Shown piece after piece: positions 58,389 through 64,000 of a DNA stretch of 64,000 nucleotides. Both the position numbers and the translations under genes were made by a program. The stretch is from Candidatus Bathyarchaeota archaeon. Lineage in GTDB: Archaea; Thermoproteota; Bathyarchaeia; Bathyarchaeales; Bathycorpusculaceae. Each line of letters opens with the position of its first letter. Within the stretch, counting starts at the first letter, position 1. The notes beneath the pieces were generated by a model. The model did no database searches, was not told where the DNA came from, and worked only from the letters and a program-made list of their open reading frames with translations. Where the stretch lies: contig CAVZIW010000001.1 in the NCBI GenBank assembly GCA_963775465.1, forward strand, positions 1 to 64,000, in the 5' to 3' direction.

Positions 58389-60669
58389 GATTCGCGGCTG
58401 GATATTTGATGTCTACCCAACTGAAGTCGGAGAAATGGCAGTTTGGATTATAAGTGAACACGGTGAAAGAATCAGACTGACAGACAAATTCCAACCTAAA
58501 ATCTATGTTTCAGGCCAAAAAGAAGTTGAAAAACTAGTTGGACGCATATATTCAAATCCAGACATTGCCCACTGGGACTTTGTCTACAAGTACGCAAATC
58601 CAACCGATTACGAAAAATCCAGAGTATTGGAAATAACACTCAAAGACTGCAGAAAAATTCCAGCCCTGACAAAACAAATTCTAAGAATAGGCGACTTTTC
58701 ACTCTACGAGGTTCATAACTGCGACTTACATGGAGACAGAAGCTACTTTTTCACACACGACTTATTCCCTCTCGCCTTCCTCGAAGTTGAGGCGCTTAAG
58801 CCAACTTTAAAGTATACTCTGCTGGATTCCGTGGAGAGCATCAACTATTCCATTCCCCCGCTGAGGATAATGCAGCTCAAAGTGGAAATCGCAAAGCAAA
58901 CCAAGATAGCAAACCTCCAAGACCCAATAGCAAACATAACCTTAGACCAAGAGGACAAACACATCACAATTAACGCCGGAGAGGAATCCGAAAAACTCCT
59001 GCAACTTGGCAAAACGGTAAAACTGCTTGACCCAGACATAGTTGTTACAAACGGCGGGGACTCTTATCTCTTCTCATACCTGCTCCAGCGAGCAACCGAA
59101 AACAAAGTGCAAGACAAGTTTATTTTAAGCAGAGACGACGTGCCTCTCGCTCTAAAATCACAGCGTGGCAAAACATTCTTTTCGTATGGGCGTACATTCT
59201 ACAAAGCACCCACTACCCGTCTTTATGGAAGAATCCATGTAGACGCAGGAAATACATTCATCCTAAACGAAAGCAGCTTCCAAGGACTCTTTGAAATAGC
59301 AAGAACCTGCAGAACACCCTTGCATACCTCCTCGCGCTCTTCAATCGGGTCAAGCATGTCTTCTTTGCAGTTCTACCAAGCGTTTAGACAGGATATTTTA
59401 ATCCCCAGAAACAAAAGCATCCCTGAAGCCTTCAAATCAGCCTACGAACTGCTTGTCGCTGACAGAGGCGGCTTTGTATACGAACCCAAAGTAGGCATAC
59501 ACGACAACACAGGCGAAGTTGATTTTTCATCAATGTACCCAAGCCTAATGATCAACAACAATATTTCAGCTGAAACAGTGCTCTGTAAATGCTGCCCAGA
59601 CTCGCACCTACGTATTCCAGAGCTAAACTATAACATATGCGAAAAACGCGAGGGCGTTGTTCCCAAGGCCCTAAAACTGGTCGTTACTAAACGATTACAG
59701 TACAGGCGACAAAAAGAAAAAGTCACAGATCCAAAACTCAAAGAAATTTACGACAAGCGGCAGACTGCATTAAAGTGGATTTTAGTTACATGCTTTGGAT
59801 ATTTAGGATATAGAAACGCGAAGTTTGGAACGGTGGATGGACATATCGGCGTCTGCGCATTTGGCAGAGACGCGTTTCTTAAGGCAGCTCGAACAGCTGA
59901 ACGCCACGGGTTTGAGGTGCTCCACGGAATAGTGGATTCACTGTGGCTACAGAAAGCAAACGCCACCATAGAAGATTATAGCACTCTGTGCAAACAAGTA
60001 AGCAAAGAAATTGGGGTTCCGCTAAATTTTGAAGGACGATACAAATGGATTGTTTTTCTACCCTCAAAGATGCATCCAAACATCGGAGTCCTAAATCGGT
60101 ACTATGGAGTTATGGAAAATGGAAAACTAAAAGCCAGGGGCATCGAAGTACGCAAACATGACACGCCACGATTTGTTTACAATGCACAAATGGAAATGAT
60201 TAACGTTTTCGCTAAAGCTGCAAACTCAAAAGAGTTCATGAAAATGATTCCGCAAGCGCTTGAAGTAGTGAAGGCTTATCGGCAAAAACTCATCAACGGT
60301 GAAATTCCTATTGAAGATTTGATCATCTCTAAGCATTTATCAAAGAATCCCAAACACTACAAGCAACATGTAAGCCAAGTTATAGCGGCAGAGCAATTAA
60401 TCAAAGAAGGAGGCGAAGTCAATGCGGGCAAGAACGTGCATTTCGTCTTTACCGATTCAAAAAACAAACGGTTTGAGAGAAGAGTCAGAGCTAAACAACT
60501 AATAGACAAGGGAGTTAACCCTGATACAAAGAAATATCTGCAGCTATTGTATGGCTCTGCAGCAAATTTGCTTAGCTTCTCTAAATACACAGAAGAAACG
60601 GTTTACGATTCAATAAGAGGCTACGGGAAAAAAAATCTCTCCAACTATCTTAAAAATGAATTATATTGA
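58369..60669 (+). CDS. polB2: Family B DNA polymerase, PolB2 group
   Basis: DFSSMYP, KWILVTCFGY, PolB2-type HGIVDS, NRYYG, RGIE.RK.D.P. Confidence 0.9.
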   Translation: MQSSSLKIRGWIFDVYPTEVGEMAVWIISEHGERIRLTDKFQPKIYVSGQKEVEKLVGRIYSNPDIAHWDFVYKYANPTDYEKSRVLEITLKDCRKIPALTKQILRIGDFSLYEVHNCDLHGDRSYFFTHDLFPLAFLEVEALKPTLKYTLLDSVESINYSIPPLRIMQLKVEIAKQTKIANLQDPIANITLDQEDKHITINAGEESEKLLQLGKTVKLLDPDIVVTNGGDSYLFSYLLQRATENKVQDKFILSRDDVPLALKSQRGKTFFSYGRTFYKAPTTRLYGRIHVDAGNTFILNESSFQGLFEIARTCRTPLHTSSRSSIGSSMSSLQFYQAFRQDILIPRNKSIPEAFKSAYELLVADRGGFVYEPKVGIHDNTGEVDFSSMYPSLMINNNISAETVLCKCCPDSHLRIPELNYNICEKREGVVPKALKLVVTKRLQYRRQKEKVTDPKLKEIYDKRQTALKWILVTCFGYLGYRNAKFGTVDGHIGVCAFGRDAFLKAARTAERHGFEVLHGIVDSLWLQKANATIEDYSTLCKQVSKEIGVPLNFEGRYKWIVFLPSKMHPNIGVLNRYYGVMENGKLKARGIEVRKHDTPRFVYNAQMEMINVFAKAANSKEFMKMIPQALEVVKAYRQKLINGEIPIEDLIISKHLSKNPKHYKQHVSQVIAAEQLIKEGGEVNAGKNVHFVFTDSKNKRFERRVRAKQLIDKGVNPDTKKYLQLLYGSAANLLSFSKYTEETVYDSIRGYGKKNLSNYLKNELY

Positions 60670-60750
60670 CCCAAATTCAACTGTAAATAGACATAGCTAT
60701 CTTTAAACAAATCTTGAAAAAACCTATTTAATAGAAAAAAGAGCTGGGTT

Positions 60751-61068
60751 TTATCTTGCCCAGCAGGGTCCGTAGCCATAACCGTTGCTGTATCCGTAGT
60801 TATAGCCGCCTTGATAGGGCGCAGGTACGGAAGTTGAGCCGTCTATTGGCGCTTGAGGCACAACATTCTGGCCATTGTAAGGCTGGTTGTATCCGTAGCC
60901 AAAGCAGTTTCCGATCCAACCCAAAAACCCGTTATCAGGAGCTTGTGGATTTGAGCTTGCGCCTGCGTATGTTTGATTTGTTGCTATTTGGGCTGAAGCC
61001 AACCCGACTGCGACCAGGGTTAATGCCGCGACTGCGACCAGGGCAATTGCGATTTTAGTTTTTTGCAT
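60751..61068 (-). CDS. Small secreted Gly/Tyr-rich protein
   Basis: Signal peptide, GW.GNCFG and GYGPCWAR; paralogue at 43949-44268. Confidence 0.75.
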   Translation of the reverse strand: MQKTKIAIALVAVAALTLVAVGLASAQIATNQTYAGASSNPQAPDNGFLGWIGNCFGYGYNQPYNGQNVVPQAPIDGSTSVPAPYQGGYNYGYSNGYGYGPCWAR

Positions 61069-61389
61069 TTTGTTTTATCACCATATAATGATATGTGCAT
61101 GGATGCTTATGGTAGTTGCCTGAAACAAAACTGAAACAGACCCTGAAACGGTTTTCTAAATCAAAAATCATAGACAATTAGGGTCTTTTCATGTTTTCAG
61201 ATACATAGTTAAATTGTTAAATCCGGCTTCGTCGTCTTTATCTGTTCTGACGTAGTCGAATCCGTCCTCTACAACTTTTGACTCTTCTTTATGGTCAGTA
61301 ACCTATTGGCTGCTGTATTTCTTTGGTGATTTACAAAAGAGATAAATGGGATTAGACTGAGAGTACGTTGAAACAGGGGGGAGAGGGGT

Positions 61390-62904
61390 ATGAAAAAATA
61401 TGGTTCGAGGAAATGGTTAGGCGCCAAAATCAAGAAATACTTTGCATTCGAAAAACTATACAAAAGTTGTCTCAAAAAAGCTTCAATCTGGTCTTTGTTC
61501 AAAGGCAAGAATTTAGTTAATGCGTTAATAGTTTTCTTAATCTCGGTTATCCTGCTATCGTCATTTTTCCTATGCTTTACGGTTCAGGCCCGAATTTATC
61601 AACCCATAAGTTCTCATATTGTTACTCCTTTGTCTACTCCGATGCCTACACCTACTTTGGCACCTGTTACTCCTTTGCCTACTTCTGTTTCTACTTTCGA
61701 ACCAGCAACTCATATGCCTACACCTACTTTGGCACTTGTTACTCCTTCTTCTGCTCAAAGTCCTTCTGTTACTCCTTCTCCCTCGCCCAGTCCTACTTTG
61801 GCACCTGTTACTCCTTTGCCTACTCCCAATGCTACTTTGGAACCAGCAACTCCTACACTCTCACCTACTTTGGTACCGGTTACTCCTTCTCCTGCTCCAA
61901 CTCCTTCTCCAACTCCTACTCCTTTGCCTACTCCTATTGCTACTTTGGAACCAGTTGCACCACTGCCTACTCCTAATGCAACTTTGGAAACTACACAATC
62001 TGCAGAAAACTTAATTCCTGAATCTTTTACCGGCTTCGGCGGCGACTACGCCCTTACGCATAATGGCAGTGATGGTTCCATTTGGGATGAATCTGGTTAT
62101 ACTTATAACGGAACTTACCATTCCTGGGTTCAATGGGCTTCTACTTTTGAAGGATATACAACTACAAGGTTAGGTTTCAAGTTTAGTTCCACATCTAATG
62201 CTCATAGTCTAATGGATTACAAAACACTAGATGCTACTTTAGATTCATTCAACACTGCTGGAAGTAAAATAATTTTAGCGAATTTTGACTATACGAATAC
62301 CTATTGGGATTCAGCAGAATTTAGAAATAATTGGCTAGACATGACAACTCATTACAAAGGTGATAATAGGTTTGCTGCTTTTGAACTATTTAACGAAATG
62401 CATGATGGCATTCTGAATGGTCATTCAAATGCTTGGATTGTTAACTATTTTGCCGACTTAACAAAAGCCATACATGAAATTGACCCTGACAGAGTTGTAA
62501 TGTTTCCTACAGGACAATTATTCTATGATTCTGCAAGTCAATGGTTACGTGATTTGGCAGCCACTGGAATCCAAGACGAGCCAAATGTTGCTTTTGACAT
62601 TATGCATCCTTACTATTTTGAGAACTCCTATGATATGGGATTAACTCCTGAAGGGAAGGCTCAATGGTACACAGATAATTGGATTTTGCCTTGCGTTGCA
62701 ACATTAGGTGCAAGCAGGTTGTATGTAGGTGAGACTTTCGCTTGGATAGAAGAAGGCTATCACTCAGATTTGCAGGGGCGTTGGCTACGAGCAATAATAA
62801 GTGAGTGCGCACAGAATGGTGTAAGCTTTAATCTATGGTGTGGTCTTGGCGTTCCAGGCGAAATGGCTGTACAGATTTCAGCGATTCAAGCACTAAATAA
62901 CTGA
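61390..62904 (+). CDS. GH5/clan-A glycoside hydrolase with a Pro/Thr-rich stalk
   Basis: FELFNE acid/base motif, HPY, VGET nucleophile, final W; N-terminal signal/TM. Confidence 0.8.
   Translation: MKKYGSRKWLGAKIKKYFAFEKLYKSCLKKASIWSLFKGKNLVNALIVFLISVILLSSFFLCFTVQARIYQPISSHIVTPLSTPMPTPTLAPVTPLPTSVSTFEPATHMPTPTLALVTPSSAQSPSVTPSPSPSPTLAPVTPLPTPNATLEPATPTLSPTLVPVTPSPAPTPSPTPTPLPTPIATLEPVAPLPTPNATLETTQSAENLIPESFTGFGGDYALTHNGSDGSIWDESGYTYNGTYHSWVQWASTFEGYTTTRLGFKFSSTSNAHSLMDYKTLDATLDSFNTAGSKIILANFDYTNTYWDSAEFRNNWLDMTTHYKGDNRFAAFELFNEMHDGILNGHSNAWIVNYFADLTKAIHEIDPDRVVMFPTGQLFYDSASQWLRDLAATGIQDEPNVAFDIMHPYYFENSYDMGLTPEGKAQWYTDNWILPCVATLGASRLYVGETFAWIEEGYHSDLQGRWLRAIISECAQNGVSFNLWCGLGVPGEMAVQISAIQALNN
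61620..61990 (+). repeat. Imperfect coding repeats (PTLAPVTPLPT)
   Basis: Recurrent CCTACTTTGGCACCTGTTACTCCTTTGCCTACT-like units. Confidence 0.8.
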
Positions 62905-63092
62905 AATAGACAAAAATGTTAAGTGAATAAAATTTACTTATCGGAGATGTTTAGATACTGCGGCGCTTAGCAAGGACTCATATCTGCAACATACACAATT
63001 GTGCTAAATAGAACATATATAGCATTATTTGTTACACAAAAGTCACAATATTTAATAGTTGTCCGCACTTATTGAAAAAGTAATTCCAGAAA

Positions 63093-63323
63093 GTGAACAA
63101 TACAATGATAAATCCTCAAAATTTAAAGCTTCAAGACGTGGATAACAAAACCAGCTGTCCGGACTGTGATTATGAATTAACTATTCCTTGTGATGTAGAA
63201 AAAGGAGAAATAATTACTTGCCCAGGATGTGGGCTTGAACTCGAAGTGAAAAAAACAAATATTGGAGGTGGATGTGTAGATCTTCAAGAGTTAACTATTG
63301 AAGGCGAAGATTGGGGCGAATGA
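63093..63323 (+). CDS. lysW: LysW/ArgW amino-group carrier protein
   Basis: CPDC...GEIITCPGCG.ELEV and the diagnostic C-terminal EDWGE. Confidence 0.92.
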   Translation: MNNTMINPQNLKLQDVDNKTSCPDCDYELTIPCDVEKGEIITCPGCGLELEVKKTNIGGGCVDLQELTIEGEDWGE

Positions 63324-63903
63324 GGGCATAGTCGAAGATTCAATTGTTTTTCAAACACTTCTCTTTTTTTAAATTTAATTTAGGTTAGACGCGTGCGCCG
63401 TTTCTATTTTTCTGCAATGATCATTTGGCTATCGGCGCAAGTCCAACTAAGGGAAGCCAATCCATCTGTCTTAACATCGATTTTCTTTGAAATAGGCTTC
63501 TCAGGTTTCCTTTTTCTTACCTGAGAAAGCTCCAAAAAATCCGACTTCGTCATACTATGCAAGTTACACATAATTGCCATTTGGAGAAGTGTTCTATTAT
63601 ATTTTATGAATTACTACTTCACTAGTAATGTGTTGGGATAACTCGTAGGCTCACTCGCTAATACTTGGCTCATATTTTCAAATATGCAACAGCCAAAAAC
63701 ATTGGTTTTGTTCACGATTTCTATTCTTGAAGTCTTCTAATATACTTGGTCACGATTTATTCAGTTCTTCACCAACCTGGAGGAGAAGCAGCGAAGCTGT
63801 TTAGCTCTTAAACCAACGCAAAACAAGACAACTATTAGCATACAATAATAAAGTAAATAGAATTTTTGTCATTGAAACTAAAAAAAGAAAAAAGGAAGTT
63901 TGT

Positions 63904-64000
63904 TTATGGTTTTTTCTTTAGCAGCAGTACGATCATTACTATTGCGACGACGATAATAAGCACGAACAGTCCTGCAATTGCTGGAATGAAGTAGAGATCC
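63904..64000 (-). CDS. C-terminal TM anchor of a surface protein (partial, runs off the window)
   Basis: DLYFIPAIAGLFVLIIVVAIVMIVLLLKKKP*. Confidence 0.7.
   Translation of the reverse strand, partial: DLYFIPAIAGLFVLIIVVAIVMIVLLLKKKP

Noticed and set aside
61572-62014. Leu-rich and Tyr/Ser-rich alternative-frame ORFs
   Set aside because: By-products of the Pro/Thr coding repeats of the GH5 gene.

Overview
Archaeal chromosome segment, most consistent with Bathyarchaeia (inferred from a crenarchaeal-type SSB, PolB3, archaeal DnaG, a PolB2 cassette, LysW and large PQQ-type beta-propeller surface proteins). About 2.7-25 kb is mostly housekeeping DNA (ssb, malic enzyme, rimI, pyrH, ABC transporters, nurA-herA, polB, dnaG). 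About 25-33 kb is accessory DNA (ParB, MinD/ParA, HTH proteins, M48 peptidase). A roughly 23.4 kb integrated element (33161-56541) is bounded by identical 195-bp direct repeats. Each repeat contains the 5' end of a degenerate, intron-containing tRNA-Gly(GCC) and the tail of the element's tyrosine integrase. Inside the element are an RHH gene, a 3606-nt pure homopolymer block (A922-T1403-A1281) that truncates genes on both sides and is probably an assembly artefact, two beta-propeller surface proteins, a decayed ParB/ABC-ATPase/GNAT module, and a TrmB-family regulator with three copies of a palindromic operator at fixed spacing from TATA boxes. After the element come the RadA-like/small protein/PolB2 operon, a GH5 glycoside hydrolase and lysW. 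Several single-base frameshifts suggest an incompletely polished assembly. All calls come from reading motifs by eye; no database searches were run.
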